From the NCBI GenBank assembly GCA_003693705.1, contig RBZT01000181.1:1-50007 (forward strand): 50,007 nucleotides of DNA, in the 5' to 3' direction. A program made the translations under genes and the position numbers. Every line of letters starts with the position of its first letter. The first letter of the stretch is position 1. Source of the stretch: Polymyxa betae A26-41 (taxonomy: Eukaryota; Protista; Endomyxa: Phytomyxea). The notes beneath the pieces are model-generated. The model was not told the DNA's origin. It made no database searches and worked only from the letters and a program-made list of their open reading frames with translations. Below are positions 11,467 to 23,667 of the stretch, piece by piece.

Positions 11467-13472
11467 TTACTGAATTAAACAGTTTCCTGACTTTAAACGC
11501 AGTGAAGATCGTTGGCGATCAGCAAGACGGTCAGATGTTTGTTCCATTACATCCTCCGTATCCGAATTCAAAATCGACTCTTCTGACACCGCTTCGGCTC
11601 CTACTAACAGCGATTTAGCGATGCCGAACATTCAGTCAACATTATTGATTAATCTTCTTTCGACAAAAACGAAACAAAAAATGAAAATTTTGGACAAAAC
11701 CGAAATTCAACAGGTTTAACAGGACACAAATTCTCATTGACAGAAACTTATAACTCGAAATACCTTCGTGAAATTTTGGTGCAGACGCAAGTAGAGAATA
11801 TCGAACGGTTTCACAATCAGCAGGAGGCTGCCTTCGGATCGGATACTGTCTCCTGGTAGATGAGCCGCCAGCTGCATCGGAGATTGTAGCAGCAAGGTCC
11901 ACAGCATCATCAGGAGATAAATGACTGTCGAACTCGTGGCCAGCGGTGCTTGATACATCTTCACCTATATAGTATGAATTGATTGAAGATATCAAAAAAC
12001 AAATGAAAAGTAACAATACAAATGTAGAGATTCGGAATATATGAAGCAGTTTGACTAAAACGACAAAAAGAATCATACCTCCTTGAATGATTGGCAGCAA
12101 TGGACTGCCTGGCTCTTTGACAGCGGTCGCCGATACATTTACCACTATACAGCAAGATCAAAAGGCGCAAGGAATAACAACATAATAACAGAGTACAAAA
12201 CGTTGATTTTAACCAAAGCGCATTCTCTCCGAATGAAAATGACTCGTACCTTCAACCAAGGTCGACGACGGACTGCAGGATTGTTGGCCAGCGGTACTCG
12301 ACTCATTACCAACTATATACAGCAGGATTTGTGAGGATTGCAGCGAGATATACCACGCAAGACAAAAAAGAAAAAAAATAGATCATTTGGAAATACGAAC
12401 GAAACTGTCAAAAAACAATCGGACCTTCGGGTATCAAAGCGGACGAAGGACGGTCGGATTCTTGAGTTGCGGCCCCCGATAGTTCCACTACAGAGCACAG
12501 TTAGCAAACAGGTGCCAAAAACACAGAAAAACAATTACAAAAAAGGAATGGACCAAGTAAAAAAACACGATACCTTCTTTTAACAAGGTTGATGAAGGAG
12601 TGTGATTCTCTTGACCAGGAATCTCCGATACATGTCCTATAGACAATAATCAGCACAGTAAAATTAGCACGAAAAATCAATGCGAAAGAAACACAGCTCT
12701 GGAAGAAAAAAAATGTGAAGCTGAGCAGAAATTTCCGACCTTGTATTAAAGAGACGACAGAATGGCTGTTAGATTCTTGACCAGCGGTCCCCGATAGTTG
12801 TACTAAGCATGATTAGAGACAAATGCAGAGTAGAAAGCCAACTTCTAAACAGAGAAAACACAAAAACAAAAAAACCACCAGAACAACAAATAAAATCATC
12901 AGACCTTCTTCTATTAAAGAGAGGACCGAAGGTGATTCTGTGCGCAGCCGCTTCATGCAAGGTTCGAAGGTGGGCGTCAATTCCGAGACCGTGACGGCTG
13001 GCGGTGATATGACGTCTTGGCAATCGAAAATGGCAGCGTAGGGCTCTCCGGAGGCCTCGCCTGACGTGCCAAACAGCTCCGTGCCGATATCCCTGGTCCG
13101 TCGATAGTAGATCATGACGGTTTGATTCGTATACGGACGGCGGTCGCCGAATCGCGCGGACATCGAGCTGGCGACCGTCCGCCAGTCGTTACGGTGAACG
13201 GCGACCAGGTCGCTCAGGTAACGATTTTCTTCCGCGGTCCAGAGATTGCGGCCACGTTTCCTTTTGACAGCGGCCCTGGGAGAGGCGGCGCGAACCGGCG
13301 GCTGGCGGTCGTGTTGGTCCATCAAGTCCGAGAGCGATTGCGGACCGGCGAATGGTATGGTTGGGGCGGCCCGCGACCCCTCGAACGTCTGATTATGGCC
13401 TTGGACGATACTCTCGGCGATCTGTACGGCATCGTCCCTGAGCTGGACGTGATCGTTCGTGTTGCTGTTCAT
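11467..13472 (-). CDS. Single Myb/SANT-domain protein with a C-terminal array of duplicated symmetric small exons (~406 aa)
   Basis: Exon 13472-12905 encodes RGRNLWTAEENRYLSDLVAVHRNDWRTVASSM (Myb W..EE...W). It is followed by phase-1 exons 12802-12740, 12636-12574, 12487-12425, 12312-12250, 12144-12079, 11964-11764 and 11600-11467, all flanked by AG/GT. The start codon and last exon are less certain. Confidence 0.75.
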
Positions 13473-13919
13473 GTTACAGGAGGGCGTGGTAACAGAGGCG
13501 TCCAGGCAGGGGATGCTTTGAAGAATATCGACCTGCGAGAACGAGAGGTGAGAGAATGGAGGAGTGCGATGGAAACGCCGGAAATACCGCCACGGCATTG
13601 ACGGCAACAATCAACAAAACCAAAACACCAACTCCGTGTTATCGAATGTGAACAAAACAATCGAAAACGAATTCTGGCGACGTTCAAACACACAATCCAA
13701 ACTTGCTGTCAAATATGCTGTAAAAAATAAGACAGGAGCTATAAACAGAACCCAAAACATAAGGCGCGATCGCCCAAAAACTATCATGATACGATGTTAA
13801 AATCAGAACAATTCCCGCTGAAAAATAGAAATAAGGAAAATTTAGATTGAAAAAATATCACAATTGTATGGAAACAAAAGGACGCAGGAATACTAAAAGA
13901 ACAAATCGAAACCCTAACC

Positions 13920-14363
13920 CTAAATGGAACTCAAAGCTAAATATACAATATCTGTCTGAGACGAGGCAGGGGGCTGCGTCGAGCTATGAACAGCCTCGCC
14001 TTTCTTGTCATCGTCGTCTTCACCCATTTCTCTCGATAGATTGACGGCGATATTCGCCAGCGACTCCAGCGGCTGTAGCGGGAGTCGCTCGTCGTCCATC
14101 CAGAGACCAGAGCGCCCCGGGGGTCTCTGTGAACCGGCGCCCAGCAGCGACTCCAGCGCTGTCGTGCCTAGCTCGGCCTCCGGCTTCACGCGACAAAGTT
14201 GCCGATAACGCAGATCGAGACGCAGCTGCCGGTACGGGCGCAGCTGGCCGAATCGGCGCTCCATGCCGCGGCCGATCTGTACCCAGCGCCGGCTGGCGCC
14301 ATAGCGGCCGACGAGCTCGTCCAGATAGGCGATCTCGGCCAACGACCAATTCGGGTAGCGCAT
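13920..14363 (-). CDS. Small single Myb-like protein, paralog of the neighbouring gene
   Basis: MRYPNWSLAEIAYLDELVGRYGASRRWVQIGRGMERRFGQLRPY aligns with the neighbouring Myb repeat (W..EE..YL..LV....W..V...M..RFG..RPY). The 3' end may be spliced. Confidence 0.7.
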   Translation of the reverse strand: MRYPNWSLAEIAYLDELVGRYGASRRWVQIGRGMERRFGQLRPYRQLRLDLRYRQLCRVKPEAELGTTALESLLGAGSQRPPGRSGLWMDDERLPLQPLESLANIAVNLSREMGEDDDDKKGEAVHSSTQPPASSQTDIVYLALSSI

Positions 14364-14377
14364 GAAGAGTGATGTAT

Positions 14378-14395
14378 GAGAGAGAGAGAGAGAGA
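14378..14395. repeat. (GA)n microsatellite just 5' of the Myb-like ATG
   Basis: Run gagagagagagagagaga. Confidence 0.85.
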
Positions 14396-15009
14396 ATGAG
14401 TGGGACCTGCGCCTCTGCTAAACCTAACACGTTACGGGAAGGTGCGGCCTCTCCGGGGGGAGTCCAGCTAAGCGTCGTCCGTCACAGCGCACTTTTTTTT
14501 GGGAGGATCGCTTCTTATGGTCGAGCTCCTGTATGAGAATGTTGGTAGTGAGGTTTTACTCGGTGCCAGGCGCTGGAAACTTTCAAACAACTCCGCGCTA
14601 TTTTTTGGGATTGTTTTAGGGATTGTAGGTCAGCAGTTGAAAAATGTCATTGACAAACAGAACAGAAAAGGCGAGTCAGAACACAAAAGTTGATATAATT
14701 GATTGTTTTTCCTACAATATTTAATGGTTCATATCAGTTACGAAGGTTTTTGGGGTTTATGGTCAACCATATCGGAGACTTGGTCTGTTTATCACTCAGA
14801 ACTGGTATATATTTCAATTGTAAAAACTTTATGTAGCTGTTGTGGCGGCCGCTGTCTTTAGGCTGATTCAACAGGTGCCATGGAAACCTTTGCCTTTGTA
14901 ACTTCTGTTAAAAAACCATCCTGTTTTCCTGCAGTGCAAAGTCAGAAGAAAAATTGCATTTGAGAATTCAGCTCAAGAATCTCATGATAGTGTTATCAGA
15001 TTCTCTTTG

Positions 15010-15700
15010 ACTCAGAGACCCATCTGTAGTCCAGTCAATTATCGGCGAAGACTGCTTGGACAGCAGATGGCATTTTAATAGCACCAATCAGTTCAACTGT
15101 TTTCTCGTAAGCAGAACCAACCCAGTATAAACAGACCCTCGGCAATATTTCTGAATCATCTTCGCGCTTGTAGTTATTCCATGGTCAAAACATTGGCTCA
15201 AAACTCTTACATACTATCTATTAGCTATTTGCGTTTAGGAAAACCAAAAAAACCAAATACTTGAATCATCCAAATATAGCCAAATCAACATATTTAGGTT
15301 GAATATTCTGCGAGTATTGCGCAGAAATTTGCATAAGTCCATGATGCGAAGATTGCAGAGCACACATTAACTTCCTATTGGATAGAGATTTTAACTTCGA
15401 AAGGTTGATCGCCTTCGTATTGAAATCGCGAAAACTATTGTATTATCCAGACTTCATGAAGCTTATTGGGCCGGCAACAAGGGATTGAGGCTGAGTACAA
15501 AGCGCTTCTGAGAGCGACGAAATCCCTGTTACGCAGCAGGAACTAAGAATGAATTGGCTGATGCAATTTTGCTAGAACGATACACTCTGCAAAAGAGCTC
15601 AACCGTCCTATGAAACCAAAAGAATAGGAGATCGTCCTGTCTAAATGTGAAGAAATCATGATCCAATCCGTGGAAGAGTGAGTTCAAACCCTAGTGTTAT
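15010..15700 (-). pseudogene. Degenerate partial copy of the 3' part of the F-box-like gene family
   Basis: Homologous to 15730-16110 plus 16827-17120 and to ~19870-20235. Example: catccagacttcatgaagc...gattgaggc.gagtacaaagcgc recurs. Multiple stops. Confidence 0.65.
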
Positions 15701-16110
15701 CAGATGCTCTTACATCAATGCCATTAAATTAGAGACGCATCTGTAGTCCCGTCGATTTTTTTTTCGGCGAAGACCGCTTGGACCACAGATGCTATTTTGA
15801 CAGCAGCGCCAAACAGTTCAACTGTTTTCTCTTAAATATAGCCGGCCCAATCTCCCTCGGCAATATTTCTGCTTCACCTTCGCGCCTGAGGTCATTCCAT
15901 GGTCTAATCAATGGCTCGAATCTCTTGAATGATATGAATAGCTTTGGTATTAACCGAAAGCACCAAAAAAGCAATACATGAAGCATCGATATAGAGCCAA
16001 TATCGACAAATTACCGTTAAAAATTCTGCGATTTTAACATAAGTCCATGATGCAAAGTTTTGCAGAGCAAACTTTCTCATCCTATTGCATCGAGATTTTT
16101 CACTTATTGG

Positions 16111-16826
16111 CAGGCCACTTTAAATAGTGGTTTTGTCCTATTTACCTAAATAGCTTATTTAGTGCTCACCGCCAAAGTTGTTTAGTGTTATTTAGTGAAA
16201 CCGCGTGTATTGTCAGTAATAGACTCTGTTCCTCCCTCAAAACGACTGCAATGCGAAGGACTGATCGGCATGAAGGATTTCTTCATATGAGAAGTCGGTC
16301 ATTGATCCTCATTTTCGAAGTATCGAAGAAGCGTGTTCTGAAGATCTGTTTGCCCTCGAAATATTGTCGCTTCTCCTCAACAGAACATAGCTCATACAGT
16401 TCCCAATCAGATTGATGCTGTAACATTAGATGCTGTTTATATAGTATTGGGTCCGAAACTTTTCAAAGAACTTGACGTTGGTGGTCCGCATGCGTTTCCC
16501 ACCAACATTCTCTTTCTTCCCAGAACACAGAAAACAGCGAACCGAAATAACCAGTTGGCTGTCAGGATCTCTGGCAGTGATTTTTTTCACACCAAATTCA
16601 GTGCAATGGTCCTTGTTGAAAGCAGGGCCCTGCTTGTTGGTCCATGGCTGAAACTGATATCCAAAAGATGATTTTTTCCCCACGTAAAACGTCGAAAAGA
16701 GAGAGAAACATACGCTACCCCTATATGGGCCACGGACTGGGCTGCGCTTATTTAATGCTCGCCGCAAAATTTTTTTAGTGATATTTAGTGAGCGTCCCAT
16801 ACAAGGACATTATTTAAAGTGGCCTG
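16111..16826 (-). mobile_element. Non-autonomous hAT-like DNA transposon (716 bp) with a transposase N-terminal remnant
   Basis: Perfect 16-bp TIRs caggccactttaaata (16111-16126) / tatttaaagtggcctg (16811-16826). 8-bp TSD cttattgg / cttatagg (1 mismatch). Subterminal tatttagtg repeats. Removing the element restores collinearity with the paralogous segments at ~15395 and ~19930. Confidence 0.9.
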
Positions 16827-18645
16827 CTTATAGGACTTGATCGCATTATCAATGAAATATCGAAAATTGTGATATCCTCATCCAGACTTCATGAAGCATA
16901 TTGGGCCTGCAAAAAGGGATTGAGGCAGAGTACAAAGCGCTTTTGAGAGCGACGAAATCCCTGTTACGCAGCAGGAGCTAAGAATGAATTGGCTGATGCG
17001 ATTTCGCATGAACAATACATTCTACAAAAGGGATCAACAATCCGATGAAACCAAAGGATATCGTCCTGTCTAAATGTGAAGAAATCATGATTCAATCCGT
17101 GCAATAGGGAATTCCAAACCCTAATGCGGTGCTACAGGGCCCACGGCACTTTGCCCCAGGGCGACCTCAACAAATTCGAAACCTGATTGTGTCGATGCTC
17201 AATGCTCTACCAAATGCGGATGTTGGATTGTAGGTGGGTCTAGTACGACCGCGGATTCGACCCGGTCTTGATCATCACGGTATCAAGACGCCTGCCCTCT
17301 TCCGATAGTAACTTCGGCTCGGCAATGGATATCACTTGTGTCAGGTTCCGCACTCCGAATCTGACTGACGATGTCATTCTCCGAATGAATCAGCGACATC
17401 TACGGCATTACATCAATGCGAAAGCGGTGAATTGAAGTTTCGGCAACCATCGGCGAATGGAGCAGAAATCACAATTCCTTCACTTGACACATTTGTCCTA
17501 GAAAAGGCCAAATAGCTATGCGCAGCATAACATAGAGCGTGTAGGAAAGGTACCAAGATAGAGCGGGTCTTCATGACGGGTACTCCAGCTGAAAAATTTA
17601 TGAAATTACGCATGCGGATCTATCCGGGGCCATGTTCTGTCTGTACTTAGTGATTATGGGCCTGAAGATGGGCGATTGGGAGAGCAAATCCAGAATCTTG
17701 TGATTTTCTTCGGAAATGAGACAGTCCACGAGCCTGCCGAAATGGCGCGGATATCGGCGGACCCGCTGCCAGAACATCGCCGTCCGAATCAGGGCCTGCA
17801 TATGGGCCGAGCCGAACCCCGCCACGGACTGATTGTCGAGCTCGCGGAAATCGAAAATCGCCCAGGGTTTGGAGTACAGGAGCGGAAACAGGCGCGGAAC
17901 GGACTCCGCGTCCACATGGATATAGTGTAGATAGCCGTACAGATGGAAACGGATTCCGTAACGAAGCAGAACCAGTACGACGGCGGGGTCGTGCAGTTGA
18001 AGATCCTGAGTCCACGACTGTTTCAGAAGCTCGTCGGCAACGGCGAAATTATTCGGGAAGACGCGGTCGAAGGGAGGCGGAAACCGCCTGCGGACCGTCT
18101 GGACGACGGAGTCCGGGAGTCGGCGAGTCCGGGAGAAGAGCGGCGTCTGGACCAGTTCTCGTATGATGGCGATAATCGGTTCCGGAATGCCGTCCGTCGG
18201 GACCCCGAAACGGATCGGAATCCGTAAGGCGTAACCCCAGCAGGACCGGGTGCTTGGCGGCACACGCCACGGCATTCGATAGACAGCCCGGCAAGCAGCC
18301 CAACAGCACGCTCTTCACATCCCAAGTTAACGTCTCATCATGGAGCAGGCGGTCGCACAGGCTCACGACGTAGGCCGGCGCGACTTCTTTGAGCAGCGTT
18401 CGAAACTCCAGTTGGCGGACGCGAACCTCGTCGATCATGGTTTGCATGAAACGCGGGAACTCCGAGTCCGGAATGGGCCAGTACACGAGCTGGTGCAGAA
18501 AGGGGACCAAGCCGAGGACGCCGTGCATGGCCCGGCTCGTCTGCATGAGACTCACTAGGGCGAGATAATCGTCGATGATGTACCTGATCGTCTTCATGAG
18601 CAGAGGCCGGGGCAGCGACTTCAAGAGATCGTCACATCTGGTCAT
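16827..18645 (-). pseudogene. F-box-like helical-repeat gene, copy 1 (frameshifted)
   Basis: N-terminus LLKSLPRPLLMKTIRYIIDDYLALVSLMQTSRAMH resembles an F-box. ORFs 18049..18663 and 17598..18275 are joined by a 4-nt insertion at ~18194-18200 relative to copy 2. The downstream part is decayed. Confidence 0.7.
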
Positions 18646-19869
18646 GAATGGATCTTGTAACAAGACACCACTAATTCAACTATGAAGCGAAGGTCAAATG
18701 AAAGGGTGGCGTGACCCGCGCAGTAAATTCTGCGCGACTGGGCCCAGCAATCTGCAAATAGAATGGCGAAGCGTTGCAGATCCGTTCTGCTTTGTGCCAT
18801 GTAGTTTGGTTAGAATCCCCTATTCCGGGCAAGAATCAGTGATTGAGTCATGTTAGGGTTGAGATATCATGATTGTTTGTCATCCGTTTAATTTCCGAGT
18901 CATTCCGATTGCGAAACAAGTTCCGTAAATGACAGCACTGATGAGCGCGATTTCCTTCCATTTCGATACTCCTATCATATAATCCCAAAAGGAATAAATT
19001 CCTTTGTGAAATGGAATTCACTATCTCCAAAATTTTTTGTTTTTCAGAACTCACTGTTCGCGATTGCTGAGAGCAGTTTTGAGGTCTACCGAACTCGGCT
19101 CTATTTCTCACTCTTCGTTACCGACAGTCAGACACCGTCAGTCCATCCGAGAGGGTTACGTTACTGAAATTCAGCGAGGCTCTCGGTTGAGCGATTTACA
19201 AATCTGGAATATTTACGGACTATTTTGTTTCAAAACCTGAATTAGACCGAAGCAGCCCTTCTGCAAGTCATCACGGCGGGGCCTCATGACATCATTAATG
19301 TCTCCTATATAAACACACTCTCGATTGTTGTCGTGGATCTAAACAATCTCGCTGTAGGTAGGATAAACCAGATCATGATTTAGCATCTCGTCAAGGTTAT
19401 CTTCGGGTACTGGCCCTTGCAGGCCTCTCTGGTCTCATGCTTACAGCGGCTTGTAGTTTGTTTCGAAGAATTCCTGCTTGGTAATCGTAATTAGATGGAA
19501 TACTTAGAAAGGGTGGCGTTATGTCATCGTGAAAAGGGGAAATTTTGTGTTGATGCTTGTTGATGATCCAGAATGGCACGAATGCCATCGAACAATCACC
19601 TTGTTAATGTCCAATCTTGTTTTACAGCACTCTGGAATAAGTGTTCAGCGTATCCAGAAGCTTCCACAGAAATTCTTTGAAATTTTTCAAGAAAAAGTTG
19701 CGGCCAACGGATCTAAATGGATCAATTGTGATTGGAGTCAGAAAATCAGATTCAAGATCACGCACTGTTTTTCATTCTGTTCAAACCTTCCTCGTAACGG
19801 ATCGCGATACCATTCATAGTGCTGTTGGTGTTCATTTGTCAATTGAATGCAATAATTGCGCAGGAATTT

Positions 19870-21777
19870 GAAGATGTCCATGATGCGAAGATTAGAGCAA
19901 ACCTTCCTGTCCAATTGCAGAGAGATTTCAACTTAGACAGCTTAATCTCCTTATTATTGAAAGGTTGAAAACTTTGATATCATCGTCCGGACTTCATAAA
20001 GCGTATAGGGCCAGCAACAAGGGTTTGAGGCACAATACAAAGCTGTAATGCAGCTGGAGCTAAGAAGAAATTGGCGGATTCTCTTTCTCTGGAGCAATTC
20101 ATTTTGCAAAAATCTCAACATTCAGGCTGTATTGAAACTAAAGATATGAAGATCGTGATGTCAAAATGCACAGAATCATAATACAATCCGTGCTTAGACT
20201 CGAGTAACATAGTGACCGCGAGTTCCAAACCCTAAGGCGGTGCTATTGGAACCCCGGAACTTGGCAGTTTGCAACAGGGCGAGGAATTCGAAACCTGTTT
20301 GCTCCGATGCTCAATGCTGGTGTTGGATAGTAGGTTGGTCCAGTAGGACAGCTGATTTCATCCGGTCTTTATCATTATGGTCTAAAGAGTCAAGACGATG
20401 CTCTCCTCCGATATTGACTTCCACTCGGTTATCACTTGTCTAAGGTTAAGCACTCCGAATCTGGCTGCCGATGTAAAACTCCGCATTGATCAGCAACGAT
20501 TTCATCAATGCGACAGTGGAAACCAGAATCGAATTTTTTCCGCAACTATCGGCAATGAAGCAGAAAAATTCCTTCTCTTGACCCATTTGTCAAGATAACG
20601 CCGAATGTTTTTTTGATTTGCAGAACAGAGAGCGTGTAGGAAAGATACCAAGATAGAGCGGGTTTTCATGATACCAAGTTTATTTATGAACCGCATCCGC
20701 ATTTAGTTGATCTATCCGGGTTTTAAGGTCTTGTATGAATTCCATCGGAGAAAACCACGTTTTGTCCTGAATGTACTTTGTGATTATACGCATGAAGAGG
20801 GGCGATTGGGACAGCAAATCCAGAATTTTGTAATTATCTTCGCTCCTGAGAGAGAAAACGAGATGGCCGAAATCCTCCGGATACCGGCGGGCCCGATGCC
20901 AGAACATCGGCGTCCGAATCAGGGCCTGCATATGGTCCGAACCGAACCCCGCCACGGACTGATCGTCGAGCTGGCTGAAATCCAGAAGCGCCGCGGGGTT
21001 GCGCACGTACAGGAGCGGAAACAGGCGCGGCACGGAGTCCGGGCCCACATGGATATACTGCAGATAGCCGTACAGATGGAAACGGATTCCGTACCGGAGC
21101 AGAGCCAGTACGACCGCGGGGTCGTTCAGTTGAAGATCCTGAGTCCGTGACTGTTTCAGAAGCTCGTCGGCGACGACGAAATTATGCGGGTAGACGCGGT
21201 CGAAGGGAGACGGATACCGCCGGCGGACTTTCTGGACGACGAAGTCCGGGAGTCGGCCAGTCCGGGCGAAGAGCGGCGTCTGGACCAGTTCGCGAACGAT
21301 GGCGATCACAGGTTCCGGAATGCCGTCCGGACCCCGAGTCGGGTCGGAATCCGGAAGGCGTAACGTGAGCAGGACCGGGTACTTGACGGCACACGCCACG
21401 GCATTCGATAGACAGCCGGGCAGGAAGTCCAACACCTGTCTCTTCAAATCCCAAGTTAACGTCCCATCAAGGAGCAGGCGGTCGTACAGGCTCACGACGG
21501 AGGCCGGTCCGAGTTCATAGAGCAGCGTTCAAAAATCCTGCTGGCGAACGCGAACTTGTTCGATCATGGTTCGAATGAACCGTGGGAACTCCGAGTCCGG
21601 AATGGGCCAGTACACGAGCTTGTGCAGAAAGGCGGCGATCAGGTCGAGGGCGCCGTGCATGGCCCGGCTCGTCTGCAAGAGACTTTGTAAGGAGAGGTCA
21701 TCGTCGATGATGTAGCTGATCGTCTTCAGGAGCAGAGGCCGTGGCAGCGCCGTCAACAGATCATCACATCTGGTCAT
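19870..21777 (-). pseudogene. F-box-like helical-repeat gene, copy 2 (premature TGA)
   Basis: Highly similar to copy 1 (MTRCDDLL.. LPRPLL.KTI.YIIDD). TGA at 21529-21531 corresponds to CGA (Arg) in copy 1. The ORF continues over 21495-20680, then decays. Confidence 0.7.
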
Positions 21778-23312
21778 GAATGGATCTTGTAACAAGACAC
21801 CACCTAATTGTACACACTATGAAAGAGAGGTCAAAAGATAGGTCGGCGCAACCCGCGCAGAAAATTGTGCGCGACTGGGCCCAGCTTTCTGCAAGGACGG
21901 ATGGCGACGTGTTGGAATGTGACTCGACATTGCCAGAAGTTCCACGGAGTCGGAGCGCGTGAAGTGCGCACTGGTCGTACTGGCCCCGGTGCGTTCTTGG
22001 GAATGTTTCGGATAGTATTTTGTCAAAGTCTATTTATGATAAACAGCTCAGTTGTGTTTCGGTCATCACATTGTAGCATTGGTAGGCTTTCCAGGTAACG
22101 ATGGCGAAGAGTGGGACGAAGACACCAGCTCTAGAACAGCGACTCCACGACGAGATGAGAGAGACACCGGGCCTCACCCCTTTCAAAAAGGCGAAGCGAT
22201 GCAGTACTTTGCTGTGATGGAATCACCTCTACTCCGGGCAACAATCCGTGGCTGGCTCATGTTAGGGTTGCAATATCATGATTGTTAGGCATCCGTTCAA
22301 TTTCTGCGTCGTTCGGATTGCACACAAATTTCCCTAAACTTCCCAAAATACTATTAATAAAGTCCCAAAGGAATATATTTTTGAGTGAGAAAACAATTCG
22401 ACCAACATTTTTCGAGTCTCAGAACTCTGTACGCGATTGTTATGAGCTTTGAGGTCTTCCGAACTCGGTTCTATTTTCTTACTCTTCGTTACCGACTATC
22501 AGACATTGTCAATCTATCTGAGAGAGTTACGTTACAGAAATTCACCGAGTCTCTCGCTGTAGGTAGTATACAACAGATCATGAGAGCGCTCTCGGCATGG
22601 CTATCTGCGGGTACTGGACCAGACAGGCCTCGCTGATCTCCTGCTTACGCCGAACTGTTTTTCGATTGCGTGAATTCCTGCTTGGTCATCATGATTAGAT
22701 GCAAAACTTCGGAAGGGCAGAGTTGCTTCGTTAAATCTGAAATTCAGTGTTGATATTTGTAGAGATTCCAGAATGGAACGAATATCATCGAGAAAACACC
22801 CTACGTAATGTTGAATATCAGAATTTTTACAGCACTCAAAAAACATCTTACGCGTATTTGAAAAGATTCCTCAGAAAGCATTTGAGAAATTGAAGAAAGT
22901 GAAAGCTGATTAAAGATTTCGTCCGAGAACGACAAGTGAGGATTTCAGCACGGGATACGTTATTGTGATATCAATGATAACAGCAACTGCACTATATACA
23001 GCAGAGTACTGCCCTTCACTGGGAACGCGGCGGGCCTGAAAAATTGTCGCCAGTGGTCCAAAATGAATCAATCCTGAATGCAGCCAAAAAACAGCTTCAA
23101 AGATTTCGGTGATCGCGCACTGTGTTTCACTTTAGTGACACCTTTCCGCTTTAACGACTCGCGATAACATTCATCCCAGTTTGGTGCTGTTCTGTCAATT
23201 GGGAAGCACCGTCGAGGACCAGCATGACCGACCGAAACTCTGCCAATACCCTTCGGGGAATCGCTCGGCCGTCTCTCGGCCGAGGCCAAAATCATGAACT
23301 CAGGTCGGAGGC

Positions 23313-23336
23313 GAGAGAGAGAGAGAGAGAGAGAGA
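23313..23336. repeat. (GA)n microsatellite
   Basis: About 12 GA units. Confidence 0.85.
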
Positions 23337-23374
23337 CAGCGGTCGTCCTGGCCCATATCCACAGACGCTCGACG

Positions 23375-23667
23375 ATGACGGCGACCGTACTGGCCCCGCC
23401 GGAGCATCCGCTCCAGACAACGAGCGCGACTCCGCCCGGACTAGAGCAGCGGCGGTGGCAGCCGAACAGACCGGTGGGTGGGCTGCTCCCGCGATCCAGT
23501 ACGACCCTGATCGGATGTGTTTCACACAGGCTGGGATCGGTTCGGTGTTGATTGGGACGGTGATTAATACGATCGGGGCGTTGGCGATCTGGTCCGGGGC
23601 GCATCGATTCGATCTGCAGCCGGATTATGGCCTGGTTTGGATCATGTTTGTGCCGAGATCGTATTAG
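23375..23667 (+). CDS. Putative small membrane protein (2 exons, ~78 aa)
   Basis: Exons 23375-23473 and 23530-23667 with a GT-AG intron in phase 0. Hydrophobic GIGSVLIGTVINTIGALAIW segment. Preceded by a (GA)n tract. No recognisable family. Confidence 0.35.

Larger units (their letters stand above)
16030..22890. repeat. Tandem segmental duplication, ~3-3.5 kb unit (copy A ~16030-19690, copy B ~19870-22890)
   Basis: Collinear homology beyond the genes: 18850-19200 matches 22260-22540, 19350-19690 matches 22555-22890, and upstream 18650-18760 matches 21780-21895. Confidence 0.8.

Noticed and set aside
12079-12802. Periodic ~165-bp pattern read as a CRISPR-like or satellite array
   Set aside because: The conserved parts are bounded by AG/GT and keep reading frame, so they are better explained as duplicated exons.
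13534-13640. Possible upstream exon with a signal-like stretch (GVGVLVLLIVAVNAVA) spliced to the Myb exon
   Set aside because: There is an in-frame stop upstream and no ATG; it may be a 5' UTR intron.
18850-19690. Duplicated coding-like segment (also 22260-22890)
   Set aside because: Stop-riddled in all frames and no family recognisable; counted only as part of the segmental duplication.
21529-21531. TGA as selenocysteine or an alternative genetic code
   Set aside because: The paralog has Arg (CGA) at this site, and other genes use TGA as a normal stop.
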